From NCBI RefSeq assembly GCF_006345805.1, contig NW_021824211.1:1-19483 (forward strand): DNA of 19,483 nucleotides. The letters run 5' to 3'. This document shows positions 19,115 through 19,483 of the stretch, piece by piece. Every line of letters begins with the position of its first letter. Position 1 is the stretch's first letter. A program made the position numbers and the translations under genes. The notes beneath the pieces are model-generated. The model did no database searches and was not told the origin of the DNA. It saw only the letters and a program-made list of their open reading frames with translations. The DNA is from Octopus sinensis (lineage: Eukaryota).

Positions 19115-19483
19115 ACACTATACACGGGCGTATACACACATACATATACACATAGACACACAGAGGCATACAAATACATATGCTTACACACCTATATCCA
19201 CATAGTGCATACATATAATACAAACACACACACTCACACTGAAACACACTTATACACAAGCACACACTCCAGCCCCACCCACATACACACGCGGACACAC
19301 ACACACGGACACACACACACGGACACACACACACATATGCACACAAGCACACCAAACACATAGGCACGAAGCACACACAAATGCATAGACACATACAAAC
19401 ACCCACACATCCAAGCGCACGCATTCACATATCTATGCGCACACAGGTACACACTGACTCAACACACACACACACATACACAC
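19036..19483. repeat. (TA)n followed by a degenerate (CA)n tract
   Basis: Direct reading. Confidence 0.95.

Overview
AT-rich eukaryotic non-coding DNA, very dense in repeats. The SINE families and microsatellite load look like an Octopus (coleoid cephalopod) genome; I recognised this by eye, with no search run. Nearly all supplied ORFs are microsatellite or SINE artefacts and no intact protein-coding gene is supported. Supported content: a decayed CR1-type LINE 3' end, an R4/Dong-type retrotransposon fragment, many copies of two tRNA-derived SINE families (called A and B here), Tigger/pogo and hAT termini, and long simple repeats. The most notable observations are (1) hammerhead-ribozyme folds typical of Penelope-like elements, best at 18902-18960 on the minus strand; (2) SINE B joined repeatedly at GGTATT, forming ~184-bp head-to-tail arrays and apparently re-using one target site; (3) a SINE A / CR1 shared 3' tail with a covarying hairpin; (4) closely spaced inverted SINE pairs; and (5), speculatively, plus-strand exon relics of an EGF-repeat gene.
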